From contig CAWEHR010000009.1 of the NCBI GenBank assembly GCA_963808975.1, positions 66,147 to 130,146 on the forward strand: DNA of 64,000 nt, written 5' to 3'. Shown piece after piece: positions 48,020 through 57,191 of the stretch. Within the stretch, counting starts at the first letter, position 1, and each line of letters opens with the position of its first letter. The notes beneath the pieces are model-generated. The model had not been told where the DNA came from, made no database searches, and worked only from the letters and a program-made list of their open reading frames with translations. A program made the position numbers and the translations under genes. Source of the stretch: an uncultured Gammaproteobacteria bacterium. Its GTDB lineage: Bacteria; Pseudomonadota; Gammaproteobacteria; Pseudomonadales; JAHEGP01.

Positions 48020-48199
48020 TAGACTGGCCGAGCTGCGCAACGCCAAAGGTGGCGAGCCACTGAATATCGTCATTGTGTTGATCGACGTATCAGTTTTTGG
48101 CTAGATGGGGAGGACCGCGCTGAATGAGTTTACCAGTCGATGCCGACAGGGCTACTCGGCTCCACCGGCACATAATTCATAGTGGCAGGAGGCTTTGGC

Positions 48200-48847
48200 A
48201 TGTTGATTGAAAATGAACGCCATGCGGTTGTTGAACACTGCCAGAAAATGGGGCGTAGGGGGCTAACACCCGGCACCAGCGGCAATATTAGTGTCTTTAA
48301 CAAAGAGCAGGGCCTGATGGCAATTAGCCCAAGTGCAATGAGCTATGAAGCGATGACGCCGGCGGACTGCGTGGTGATGGATCTAGAAGCAAAAATTGTC
48401 GATGGCACGCGGCGGCCATCGACTGAATACGGTATGCATCTGGCTTGCTACCAGGCGAGGCAAGATATTGGTGCCGTCGTCCATACCCATTCGACCGCGG
48501 CGACCACGCTGGCGACTCTCGGTTGGGACTTACCCGCCATCCATTACATGATTGCCTACAGTGGCGGCGACCTGGTGCGTTGCGCCCCTTATCATCTATT
48601 CGGTACAAAGGACCTTGCCGATACCGCCGTTAAACACCTGGGCAGGGGCTATGCCTGCCTGTTGGAAAGTCACGGCGCGTTGGCCTGTGGGCCCAATATC
48701 GGTCATGCCTTCGCCCTCGCCGAACAGTTGGAATTTTGTGCCGACGTTTACTTGAGGGCCAGGGCCGCAGGTACGGCCAAAATACTGACCTCCGCGCAAG
48801 TAAGCGAAGTGATTGCACGTATGGCCAGCTATAGTTCGCAACAATAG
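48200..48847 (+). CDS. class II aldolase/adducin-family protein (fuculose-phosphate aldolase-like)
   Basis: 'GTSGNISV' and 'VVHTHSTAATTLA'. GGCAGGAGG lies upstream of ATG 48200. Confidence 0.85.
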   Translation: MLIENERHAVVEHCQKMGRRGLTPGTSGNISVFNKEQGLMAISPSAMSYEAMTPADCVVMDLEAKIVDGTRRPSTEYGMHLACYQARQDIGAVVHTHSTAATTLATLGWDLPAIHYMIAYSGGDLVRCAPYHLFGTKDLADTAVKHLGRGYACLLESHGALACGPNIGHAFALAEQLEFCADVYLRARAAGTAKILTSAQVSEVIARMASYSSQQ

Positions 48848-49023
48848 GGGCGCGCCTGGTGCTGGACGCAAACGCTTTGCTGTCACAACGTTGCAGGATG
48901 AACATGATGACGATTATGCAAAGCACCGATGCTCTCGCTGGGCCTCTGCCACTGTAGCTTCGATGTGGATGGGACGGTGTTCGGAGGAAAGGCTCTGTGT
49001 GGTTAGCCGCCATATCTCACCGA

Positions 49024-49135
49024 TATTTGGAATTTTCGATGAGATATTGTGCACTGTGCGGGATTTTACGACCAAGGGCATAGCCGTAGCTATGGCCGCG
49101 GAAGCAAAATTTCGCACAGGGTGCAAGATCCGGCG
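49024..49135. repeat. ~112-bp hairpin-forming intergenic repeat, copy A
   Basis: About three-quarters identical to 52476-52588 with 1 indel, by my column count. Central stem CATAGC-CGTA-GCTATG is flanked by CTGTGCGGGATTTT / AAAATTTCGCACAG inverted arms. Confidence 0.7.
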
Positions 49136-49228
49136 AGAAACCAAATAGGCTTTTGAGTTTGCAGTAGAAGGTATCGATTGATACAGACCGCCGAATCGGT
49201 GAGATATGGCGGTTAGGGTGATGGCCAA

Positions 49229-49411
49229 TTGACAATGGTGTGCAGTGACCCCGACTTCAACCCCGCGCAGCATGCGTTTTATTACGCTCGGGTACTTGAA
49301 ATACCCACCCCGCGCTGGACTACTTACAATTCAGTGCGCTTCCAGGAAGCCATCCCCGACGGGGTGCCGGTAAGCATTCGGGAGCGAGCCTATACTTCGC
49401 CAATCTGGTAG
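49229..49411 (+). pseudogene. C-terminal remnant of a DUF3604-family protein
   Basis: 'FYYARVLEIPTPRWTTYNSVRF...IRERAYTSPIW*' resembles the extreme C-terminus of DUF3604 proteins, which are normally several hundred aa. Confidence 0.45.
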
Positions 49412-49419
49412 GCTCCCTG

Positions 49420-49456
49420 GACATAATGGCTCCCCCTTGGGGTGGGCCATTATGTC
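49420..49456. terminator. strong hairpin between convergent units (possible bidirectional terminator, no U-tract)
   Basis: GACATAATGGC (49420-49430) pairs perfectly with GCCATTATGTC (49446-49456). The loop contains CCCC..GGGG. Confidence 0.35.
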
Positions 49457-49572
49457 TAGCAGGTTGCTGAAAACGCTCTGCGTGGTATCTGCCGCGGTAA
49501 AAAATGGCTTAAAAATGCAGAGCTATTGCAGGGGTTCGCTGCAGCGGCCGATGCAGGGAAGGCCACTACCGT

Positions 49573-51111
49573 CTATCCACCCTTGGCCGGTCTAAATGCA
49601 TCGAACTGCCCCTCCGGGGGCGGTTCGACCGGCGCAGCGAGACCAAGCAACATGGTGCGAATGTTTTTCAGAAGCAGACGCCAGTTGCCCCATTCTACAT
49701 TCCCGGAGGCCAGGGCCAGCAATGCCTGTTGGCGAAGTGCCTTTTTGTACACCGCATTGAATTCCCGCTTGTTCAAGCCATCGAGATATAGGTAAGCCTG
49801 CCAATCGTCGTTGGGAAGATAGTTTCTGTCTATCTTGTTGTGTCTTACCAGGATGTCGTAGAGCTCGGCTCCCGGAACGGGAATAGCAAAAGTCCAACTG
49901 GTATAGTGCAGGTAGCCCTTGCGCCAAAGCCGGTAGACGTAAGCGATGGTGTTCTCAACTTCCTGCGCTGTTTCGTGGACCAGCTTGCCGTCTTCTTCCC
50001 AGGCATTGAACATCATCAGAAATGCAAATACCTTGATACCCTGACCCGACCAAAGCTGGCAGGCTCTCTCAATTTTTTCCAGCGACATGCGTTTGCGAAT
50101 TCCCTTTAAGACGCGCATATTCGCACTCTCTATGCCAACGCGAACCATCCAGAAATTGGCCTTTTTCATCCACAGGCACAACTCCTCGTTGATGGGCACT
50201 ACTCTCATATTGCATTGAAAATAGAGGTCTTTATGACCGAGCGCCGCCAGCGCCTTACATAGCTCGATAGACCATCCCAGACGCACGTTCAACTCGTCGG
50301 AGTGAAAGTAAATTTCCCGGTAACCCAGTTGATAGAGTTGCTCTACTTCACCGGCGATATTTTCCGGGGTTCTGGCACGAAACAGTGGGCCACCTTCCAA
50401 CCTGTAAACCGGATTAGCGCAGAAGGTGCAGCGCAGCGGACAGCCCCGGGTAATGATAACCTCAGTATTGGGACTGGCCTTGCTATAGCTGGTGCCGACA
50501 AAATCACTTTGATCAATCAAATGGCGAGGAGGAAAAGGCAGGGTGTTGATGTCGTCAATCAAGGCGCGGGCCGCAGTGACCCGGTACTGGTCATCCTCGA
50601 GGTAGGCGACACCGTCGATGCGACTTAGTGCATGTGGTAGCGCACCGAAATTCCTGATTATCTCGACAAAGGTCACTTCACCCTCGCCCAGCACACAAAT
50701 ATCAGCGCCGGAATCGCGCAAAGCTTGCTCTGCGTGGGTTACCACGTGGGGACCACCGATAAGCACCACCAGCCGGGGAAATTGCCGCTTGATGATTCTA
50801 ATCATCTCGAACGCTGTGCTGGCCGAATAAGATGTAAAAGATACGGCGTAAATATCCGCGTTGATGCTGGCGATTTTACGGAGATGGTAGTCCAGGGTTG
50901 GTTTTTGCGAAATATACTCGATATTAAGGTCTGGCACCTGCTCCAAGGCGTACCCGGCAAGGTATAGCAAACTGAGATTGGCGCTGGGCTGGTCTTTTCC
51001 CAGCACCGGTCCATGCACGTCGGCCAGAATGATATTTGCTGCTTTACGGCAGCTATCCTCACCACACGACGTTGACATTTTGTCGCTCGCGACGATATTT
51101 ATTGCCTTCAT
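49573..51111 (-). CDS. B12-binding-domain radical SAM enzyme
   Basis: 'ITRGCPLRCTFCANP' (CxxxCxxC). N-terminal Rossmann-like 'VVLIGGPHVT'. GGGAGG lies upstream of the ATG. Confidence 0.9.
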   Translation of the reverse strand: MKAINIVASDKMSTSCGEDSCRKAANIILADVHGPVLGKDQPSANLSLLYLAGYALEQVPDLNIEYISQKPTLDYHLRKIASINADIYAVSFTSYSASTAFEMIRIIKRQFPRLVVLIGGPHVVTHAEQALRDSGADICVLGEGEVTFVEIIRNFGALPHALSRIDGVAYLEDDQYRVTAARALIDDINTLPFPPRHLIDQSDFVGTSYSKASPNTEVIITRGCPLRCTFCANPVYRLEGGPLFRARTPENIAGEVEQLYQLGYREIYFHSDELNVRLGWSIELCKALAALGHKDLYFQCNMRVVPINEELCLWMKKANFWMVRVGIESANMRVLKGIRKRMSLEKIERACQLWSGQGIKVFAFLMMFNAWEEDGKLVHETAQEVENTIAYVYRLWRKGYLHYTSWTFAIPVPGAELYDILVRHNKIDRNYLPNDDWQAYLYLDGLNKREFNAVYKKALRQQALLALASGNVEWGNWRLLLKNIRTMLLGLAAPVEPPPEGQFDAFRPAKGG

Positions 51112-51197
51112 CTGTAAAACCTCCCTGTAGTGCTATTTATATGTTGGCCGTTGAATCGCTAGGCATTAAGGGAAAAGGAGGCAATAGAGTTCTCCGA

Positions 51198-52436
51198 TTA
51201 TTCCCCGAGCAAATCCGTGTACAGGTCAGCTAGCCGCCTTCCCAAATTGCTGTAGTCGTAACGTTGGCGCACCAGTTCGCGACCGCGGCGCCCAATCTTT
51301 CGGGATTCATGGCGGTTTCCCAGATGCTCCACAACGGCGCGGGAAAAGCTATCATCCGATTCCGCCAGCACGATGTTCTCACCATCGGTAAGCGCTAATC
51401 CCTCTATTGCGAGTGGATGCGCTACTGCACACTTGGCCATGGACAGGGCCTCCAGCAGCTTGAGTTTGGTTCCTCCACAACCACCGGCTACGGGGCAGAT
51501 GTACAACGCAGCCCGTGCAATCAGCGGGCGCACATCCTCAACAAAACCGTGTACTCGAACTGCAGTATCCTGGCGCGCGATCTCTTTCAGGAATGGTGGT
51601 GGTGACGTTCCAACAACATCGATAGAAACGCCAGCGCAGCTTGCCTTCAGCCTCGGCCATAACCGGCTAAAAAAATAGGCCATGGCGTCCCGGTTTGGGT
51701 ACCAGTCCATTCCGCCAACGTAGACCAGTGAGTTGGGCTGCTCGGGTACTGCCAGCGGCGCAAAGTCAGCCGTATCGACACCATTTTCGATGACGATACT
51801 TCGGCAATCGGGCGCCACATCGGCGAGGCGTTGCGCATCCAGTCCCGAACACACAATATTGAAATCAAAGCGCTTGCAAATCTGCCGCTCATAACTCGTC
51901 AGTCGAGCTCCCTCAAGCCCGAAGTAGGCACTCTTGAGCGGGTTGCGTTCAGTTTTTGCGCGCCGGAGCATCATATGGGATTCGACATTATGGTGAGTCA
52001 GTGTTTTCGGCAGTTCACCCACGTTATCCAGGTAATGCGACAGACTGATAGTATCAAAATGTACCGCATGTATTGTATTTTGGGCGATTACCGTGGCAAC
52101 CGCCCGCTCCATGGCATCGGATACCAACCAGTTGACGGTATAGGGCCTGGCCAAAAACAGACTGCGCAAGGCCAAGCGATACCTGCCCATCACGCGACTC
52201 TCGCAGGCGATATCCACAAATTCCACATGCGCGCAGAGCTCAGCCAGGTGACGGTGTGCATCGGCAAGCCCCGATGCAATATCCTGATACATGGCTCGAA
52301 GCGGCGCCTGCTGAGTAAATGCCAGCAGGTAAATATTATGGTAACGAGAAAGTTGCCGCAGCAGATTGTAACTGCGGTTGAGGCAGCCACTTTTCGGTGG
52401 AAACGGCACGAAGTGGGACAGCCATAGAATATTCAT
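51198..52436 (-). CDS. GT-B glycosyltransferase (GT4-like)
   Basis: From 'MNILWLSHFVPFPPKSG'. C-terminal 'GGCGGTKLKLLEALSMAKCAVAHPLAIEG'. It lies 86 nt upstream of the radical SAM gene on the same strand. Confidence 0.85.
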   Translation of the reverse strand: MNILWLSHFVPFPPKSGCLNRSYNLLRQLSRYHNIYLLAFTQQAPLRAMYQDIASGLADAHRHLAELCAHVEFVDIACESRVMGRYRLALRSLFLARPYTVNWLVSDAMERAVATVIAQNTIHAVHFDTISLSHYLDNVGELPKTLTHHNVESHMMLRRAKTERNPLKSAYFGLEGARLTSYERQICKRFDFNIVCSGLDAQRLADVAPDCRSIVIENGVDTADFAPLAVPEQPNSLVYVGGMDWYPNRDAMAYFFSRLWPRLKASCAGVSIDVVGTSPPPFLKEIARQDTAVRVHGFVEDVRPLIARAALYICPVAGGCGGTKLKLLEALSMAKCAVAHPLAIEGLALTDGENIVLAESDDSFSRAVVEHLGNRHESRKIGRRGRELVRQRYDYSNLGRRLADLYTDLLGE

Positions 52437-52475
52437 GCCGGCCTGCAAAGCGTTCTAATTGCCTTATCTCAACGC

Positions 52476-52588
52476 TATTTGGAATTTTTTTCAAGAGATG
52501 TTGCGCCGACAGGGATTTTACGACGAAGGACATAGCCGGAGCTATGGGCGGTGGGAGAAAAATGGCGCACAGCGTGAAAGAGTCGGCG
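52476..52588. repeat. ~113-bp hairpin-forming intergenic repeat, copy B
   Basis: Aligns with 49024-49135. Central CATAGC-CGGA-GCTATG. It sits immediately upstream of the glycosyltransferase start. Confidence 0.7.
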
Positions 52589-52838
52589 GCTGGCCCTGTA
52601 ACCGTAATCAGTGACCGGGAATCGTCGACCCTATTCCCGGTCGGGAGGTAAAGTTTATGGACCAGGCACTCGCGTTAAACCCCATCGCCATACCGCAGGA
52701 ATTCCAGGATGTATTTGCCGAACAAAAGGCCTACTACCGGGAGCATCGCAACCCCGATTATAAAACCCGCGCCGCCGACCTGACGAGACCCCGGTATTGA
52801 AGGAAGCCGCCGAAACCTGGACCGGCGACTGGTGGATG

Positions 52839-52982
52839 AAAAATTTCATTGGACGGATCCCCCTGGCGGTAGACGGCTTCGTCCCTGGCCAGGTGACGCT
52901 GAGTACTCAGGCGCGAGATTTCCTCTTTGACGCGCTTCGGCAGTTCACTGATAAAATCGTGCAGGTAAGGAATCAGTTTCAT
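52839..52982 (-). pseudogene. N-terminal remnant of a Crp/Fnr-family regulator
   Basis: 'MKLIPYLHDFISELPKRVKEEISRLSTQRHLARDEAVYRQGDPSNEIF' looks like the start of a cNMP-binding domain. The frame degenerates after ~48 codons. Confidence 0.4.
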
Positions 52983-53186
52983 GCTTGGTGTTTACCATAA
53001 CTGACCGCCCATTGACAGGTTGCCTGGTGATTTGGTCCTGGCAACCGGGGGGGCAGGCAGTCAAGACAGCAGTGAGTTTACTGATTGTCGTGAATGTGAC
53101 GGTTTTTCTGGGCAGACTGTCTGTATGCTGGGTTTACTTCCGCAGACAGGTTCTGGCGGCAGCCCTCGACAAGGAGGAAAAACGTT

Positions 53187-54914
53187 ATGTCCAGGAAAAC
53201 TCCCGAAACCCTGCGCAGCCGACGCTGGTATGGCATCGGCCCCCAGTCAACCGAGCACACGAGTCACGCCCTGCAGGCGGGCTATAGTCGCGAGGAATTC
53301 CAGGGCAAGCCGGTCATCGGCATTGTCAACACCTGGAGCGACATGAACCCCTGTCATGCCCACCTGCGCGACCGTGCCGAGGCGGTCAAGCGGGGGGTGT
53401 GGCAGGCCGGGGGATTTCCGGTGGAGCTGCCGGCGATGTCCCTGGGCGAGGGTTACGTCAAACCCTCCAGCATGATGTACCGCAACTTTCTTGCCATGGA
53501 GACCGAGGAGCTATTGCGCTGCCATCCTATTGACGGTGCGATATTGCTCGGTGGCTGCGACAAGACCACCCCCGGTCTGTTGATGGGTGCGATCAGCATG
53601 GACATCCCGGCAATATATTGCCCGGCGGGATTCACCATGGGCGCGACCTTCCGCGGCGAGCGCTTCGGTAGTGGTACCGGGCCCTTTCGCTGGGCGCCCG
53701 ACCTGATCGCTGGCCGCTTGCCAATGGAGGAGTGGGAGACCATAGAACAGAAGATATGGAGTTCCCCGGGCACCTGCAATGTGATGGGCACCGCCTCTAC
53801 CATGACGGCCCTGGCCGAGGTGATGGGTATGTCGCTCACCGGCGCTTCCTCAGTTCCGGCCATGGATTCCCGCGGACACCAACTGGCGGCGGCAGCGGGG
53901 CGGCGCATAGTCCAACTGGTGTGGGACGATGTGAAGCCCAGCGATATCATCGGCGATGCGTCGATTCGCAACGCTGCCAGGGCCTGTGTGGCGCTGGGCG
54001 GTTCCACCAACGCCGCCATACACCTGATTGCAATCGCCCGCCGCGCTGGTACGGGCTTCACCCTTGAGGACTTCAACGATATCGGCCGGCAGGTGCCGGT
54101 GCTGGCAAACGTGCAGCCTTCGGGGGAGTACATCATGCACGAATTTGGCGACGCCGGCGGCCTGCCGGCCATGCTCACCCAACTCGCATCGCAACTGGAG
54201 CTGGACGTCCCGACGGTCACCGGCTCCAGCCTCGGTGAGAACATCAGCCAGGCTAAAGTAGGGGACCCGGACGTCATCCGCTCGATGGATAACCCGGTTG
54301 CCACCGAGGCGCTAGCTGTATTGAAGGGCAACCTTGCGCCCAATGGCTGCGTTATCAAGCCCAGTGCCGCCACTGAAAGCCTGCTGCAACATCGCGGTCG
54401 CGCCGTGGTATTCGAAAATGCCGATGACCTGGCGGCGCGCATTCACAGTCCGGACCTGGAGGTCGATGCCGACAGTGTGCTGATTCTTCGCAACGTGGGT
54501 CCCCTGGGGGGGCCGGGGATGGCGGAGAACGGCATGTTACCGATTCCCAAGAAACTCGCGGAGCAGGGCATACGCGATGTGGTACGCATCAGTGACGCGC
54601 GCATGAGCGGCACCAGTTTCGGTACCTGTGTGCTGCATGTCAGCCCCGAATCATGGATTGGCGGACCCCTCGCGCTGGTGCGGGACGGCGATGAAATCGA
54701 AATCGACGTACCCAACCGCAGTATTACGCTGCGTGTCGACGAGGATACCCTCGCAGGGCGGCGCCGGGCCTGGCAGGTTCCCGCGCCGCACTACAAGCGT
54801 GGCTGGGGGCTGCTGTTTTCTCAAAACGTCAACCAGGCCCACGAAGGCTGCGATTTCGATATGCTGGCCAGCCGCGAGCCGACTCCGGAACCGCCGGTGC
54901 ATGGGAAAATCTGA
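53187..54914 (+). CDS. IlvD/Edd-family dehydratase (sugar-acid/dihydroxy-acid dehydratase)
   Basis: 'GGCDKTTPG' and 'ISDARMSGTSFG'. 575 aa. Confidence 0.9.
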   Translation: MSRKTPETLRSRRWYGIGPQSTEHTSHALQAGYSREEFQGKPVIGIVNTWSDMNPCHAHLRDRAEAVKRGVWQAGGFPVELPAMSLGEGYVKPSSMMYRNFLAMETEELLRCHPIDGAILLGGCDKTTPGLLMGAISMDIPAIYCPAGFTMGATFRGERFGSGTGPFRWAPDLIAGRLPMEEWETIEQKIWSSPGTCNVMGTASTMTALAEVMGMSLTGASSVPAMDSRGHQLAAAAGRRIVQLVWDDVKPSDIIGDASIRNAARACVALGGSTNAAIHLIAIARRAGTGFTLEDFNDIGRQVPVLANVQPSGEYIMHEFGDAGGLPAMLTQLASQLELDVPTVTGSSLGENISQAKVGDPDVIRSMDNPVATEALAVLKGNLAPNGCVIKPSAATESLLQHRGRAVVFENADDLAARIHSPDLEVDADSVLILRNVGPLGGPGMAENGMLPIPKKLAEQGIRDVVRISDARMSGTSFGTCVLHVSPESWIGGPLALVRDGDEIEIDVPNRSITLRVDEDTLAGRRRAWQVPAPHYKRGWGLLFSQNVNQAHEGCDFDMLASREPTPEPPVHGKI

Positions 54915-55008
54915 CACCGCGTGCCGTTGCGGCCAGCCTCCGTATTGCCCGCGTGCGGGTATAGTGCGGCCCATGGTGTATCATCAGCTTTCAAGTTAAG
55001 GGTTCTGC

Positions 55009-55479
55009 ATGTCTATGCAACACGCCAAGTGGATGCGCCTGGCGCTGGAGCAGGCCGAACTGGGTGGCCGGCGCGATGAGGTGCCGGTGGGTGCGATTAT
55101 CGTGCGCGACGGTGAAATTATCGGGCGCGGTTTCAATTGCCCGATCAGTTCTGCCGATCCCACCGCCCACGCCGAAATCCAGGCCCTGCGCCAGGCGGCC
55201 CAGGCGGTGGGCAACTACCGACTGCCCGGGGCAACCCTCTATGTCACCCTCGAGCCCTGTCATATGTGCGCGGGGGCGCTGGTGCATGCGCGCATCGACT
55301 GCCTGGTATTTGGTGCGCGGGAACCCAAGGCCGGGGCCGTGGTCAGCCAGAACCGGATGCTCGAGGCGCCCTACCTGAATCATCGTGTCCGGTGGCGGGA
55401 GGGGGTGGAGGCCGAGGAATGCTCAGCCCGCTTGAGTGCCTTTTTCGCCAGGCGTCGGCAGAAGCCTGCTGGGCCCTAA
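55009..55479 (+). CDS. tadA: tRNA adenosine(34) deaminase
   Basis: 'HAEIQAL' and 'PCHMCAGAL' zinc site. Confidence 0.9.
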   Translation: MSMQHAKWMRLALEQAELGGRRDEVPVGAIIVRDGEIIGRGFNCPISSADPTAHAEIQALRQAAQAVGNYRLPGATLYVTLEPCHMCAGALVHARIDCLVFGAREPKAGAVVSQNRMLEAPYLNHRVRWREGVEAEECSARLSAFFARRRQKPAGP

Positions 55480-56969
55480 ATAGCTTTCAGCGCGTCGGTG
55501 TTTCGCAATTCCAGTGGCAGCAGTGCCTCAACCCGGGTCGGTGGCTTGCGCCTGGAGCGCTCTGCCTGTTGCCACTCTAACAGATTGTAATAGTTGCGAA
55601 TGTGCTGCACGTAGGTGACTGCCTCGGTGCCACGGGCATAGCCGTATTTGGTTTGCTTGTAGTACTTGCGCTGCTGTAACAGCGGCAGGCGTTGCATCAC
55701 GTCAGACCACTTGTCAGGGCTGCCGCCCTGCTGCTGGGTCAGTATGCGGGCATCGTGCACATGCCCCAGCCCGGCGTTGTAGGCTGCCAGGGCAAACCAG
55801 GTGCGGTCGGGATCGCGGATTCGCTGGGGGATGCGCCGCCGGATTTTGAGGAAATAGCGAGCGCCACCACGCAGGCTCTGTTCAGCATCCAGGCGATTGC
55901 GCACGCCCATCTCCTTGGCGGTGGTGCGGGTCAGCATCATCATGCCGCGTACGCCCGTGGGCGAGGTTGCGCTCGGGTTCCAGTGCGATTCCCGGTAGCT
56001 GATGGCTGCGAGCAGGCGCCAGTCAAGTCCTTCCTCCCGCGCCACCTGCTTGATCAGGGTCTCGTAATTGGGCAGGCGGCGCTCGACGTTGCGGGTGAAG
56101 GTGCGAGCGTCGCCCTGGCCGGCATGGGTGGTATGGCCGTAGTACCGCTCCACCAGCGTGGCGAGGGTTCCATCGGCGCCGATACGCGCCATGAACAGGT
56201 TGACGGCGGCGTACAGATCGTCATCGGCGACACGCTTCGATATTGCCCAGCCGATAGGCTCGGGCTCGCTCAAGTCGAAGGCCCTGCGCACCAGCGGGTA
56301 ATAAGCCTTGTTGATGGCAAAATCCCGGGAGTCGACCACCGTGTACAGGAGTTCACCGGTTTCCACCCGGTCCATCAGGTCAAGGGTGTCAAGTTGCGAC
56401 GTTTCCCGCCAGCGCAGGCCAGGGTGGTGGGTGGACAGTCGATTCAGCAAATGGGCGTGCTGGCTGTTTTTAAGCACCATGATATCGCTTTCAAGTATGT
56501 GTTCGATCTTGCGCGGGCGCAGGGTGCCTTCCCGATAAACTACCAGGGGCGTTGATTCAAAATAGGGAAACGAGAAACGGTAGTGCTCCACGCGTTCGCT
56601 GGTGGCGGCGAGGCCGGCGGCGGCAATGTCGGCGCGGCTGTGGTCGAGCATGCGGAACAATTGCCCGGGGGTGTAGGCAGTACGGATATCCAGCTTGACC
56701 CCGAGGCTGTCAGCGAACTCTCTCGCCAGGGCGTACTCGAAGCCGGTGGGCCCGAGCTTGTTTTCATAGTAGGTGGCAGGGCCGTTGAGCGTTGCAATGG
56801 TCAGCACCTGCTTGTGCTGGATGTGTTGCAGTGTGCTCTCGGGTCTGCAGCCGGCGATGCTGGTCACCAGCGCGCACAGAGTGAGCAATAACCCAATGCA
56901 AGAAGGTCGCGTTGCTTCGGAAGGCCGGGGTTGCGGTGGTGAGGAGCGCTGCTTAAGGTCTTTCAACAA
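55476..56969 (-). CDS. mltF: membrane-bound lytic murein transglycosylase F; start uncertain (TTG ~56969/56966)
   Basis: Lipobox 'VTSIAGC', a solute-binding-like domain, and SLT 'SYRESHWNP...GVRGMMMLT'. The track ORF reaching 57302 runs through the purL promoter region and has no Met near the lipobox. Confidence 0.85.
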   Translation of the reverse strand: MLKDLKQRSSPPQPRPSEATRPSCIGLLLTLCALVTSIAGCRPESTLQHIQHKQVLTIATLNGPATYYENKLGPTGFEYALAREFADSLGVKLDIRTAYTPGQLFRMLDHSRADIAAAGLAATSERVEHYRFSFPYFESTPLVVYREGTLRPRKIEHILESDIMVLKNSQHAHLLNRLSTHHPGLRWRETSQLDTLDLMDRVETGELLYTVVDSRDFAINKAYYPLVRRAFDLSEPEPIGWAISKRVADDDLYAAVNLFMARIGADGTLATLVERYYGHTTHAGQGDARTFTRNVERRLPNYETLIKQVAREEGLDWRLLAAISYRESHWNPSATSPTGVRGMMMLTRTTAKEMGVRNRLDAEQSLRGGARYFLKIRRRIPQRIRDPDRTWFALAAYNAGLGHVHDARILTQQQGGSPDKWSDVMQRLPLLQQRKYYKQTKYGYARGTEAVTYVQHIRNYYNLLEWQQAERSRRKPPTRVEALLPLELRNTDALKAI

Positions 56970-57080
56970 GGCAAATTCCGGGGTTGCGTTGTAGTCGGAG
57001 TCACGCCAAAAATTCAGCAATCGATAGGCAAATACAGTACAATCCGCGCCTTTGCCGCGGCGGTACTCGTCTGGCCCGCA

Positions 57081-57122
57081 GTGCCGGGAGCCGCTGATAG
57101 AGTGCCGGGAGCCGCTGATAGA
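57081..57122. repeat. 21-bp tandem duplication (x2)
   Basis: GTGCCGGGAGCCGCTGATAGA occurs at 57081-57101 and 57102-57122, in the mltF/purL divergent intergenic region. Confidence 0.9.
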
Positions 57123-57191
57123 GTAACGGATCGGCCGGGCACCGCGCCCGCATCCAGCCAGAAACCCGCGCACAGGAGACCCGAGCGGCCC

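Noticed and set aside
49017-49273. Small peptides encoded in the hairpin repeats as RiPP precursors for the radical SAM enzyme. Minus-strand 'MPLVVKSRTVHNISSKIPNIGEI' and 'MSFVVKSLSAQHLLKKIPNSVEI'; plus-strand 'RDFTTKGIAVAMA' and 'RDFTTKDIAGAMG'.
   Set aside because: The amino-acid similarity exists in both strands and is fully explained by ~75% nucleotide identity of a palindromic element. There is no SD and no third-position bias. One candidate overlaps the glycosyltransferase start in another frame. I have not fully excluded the idea, but nothing supports it.
56990-57030. PurR-type box upstream of purL ('AGCAATCGATAGGCAAA')
   Set aside because: It is only a partial match to the GCAAACGTTTGC palindrome, and PurR-type regulation cannot be assumed for this lineage.
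57081-57122. CRISPR-like array (also considered for 18883-18930)
   Set aside because: These are head-to-tail tandem repeats without spacers: 2 x 21 bp, and 7 x 6 bp. There are no cas genes in the window.
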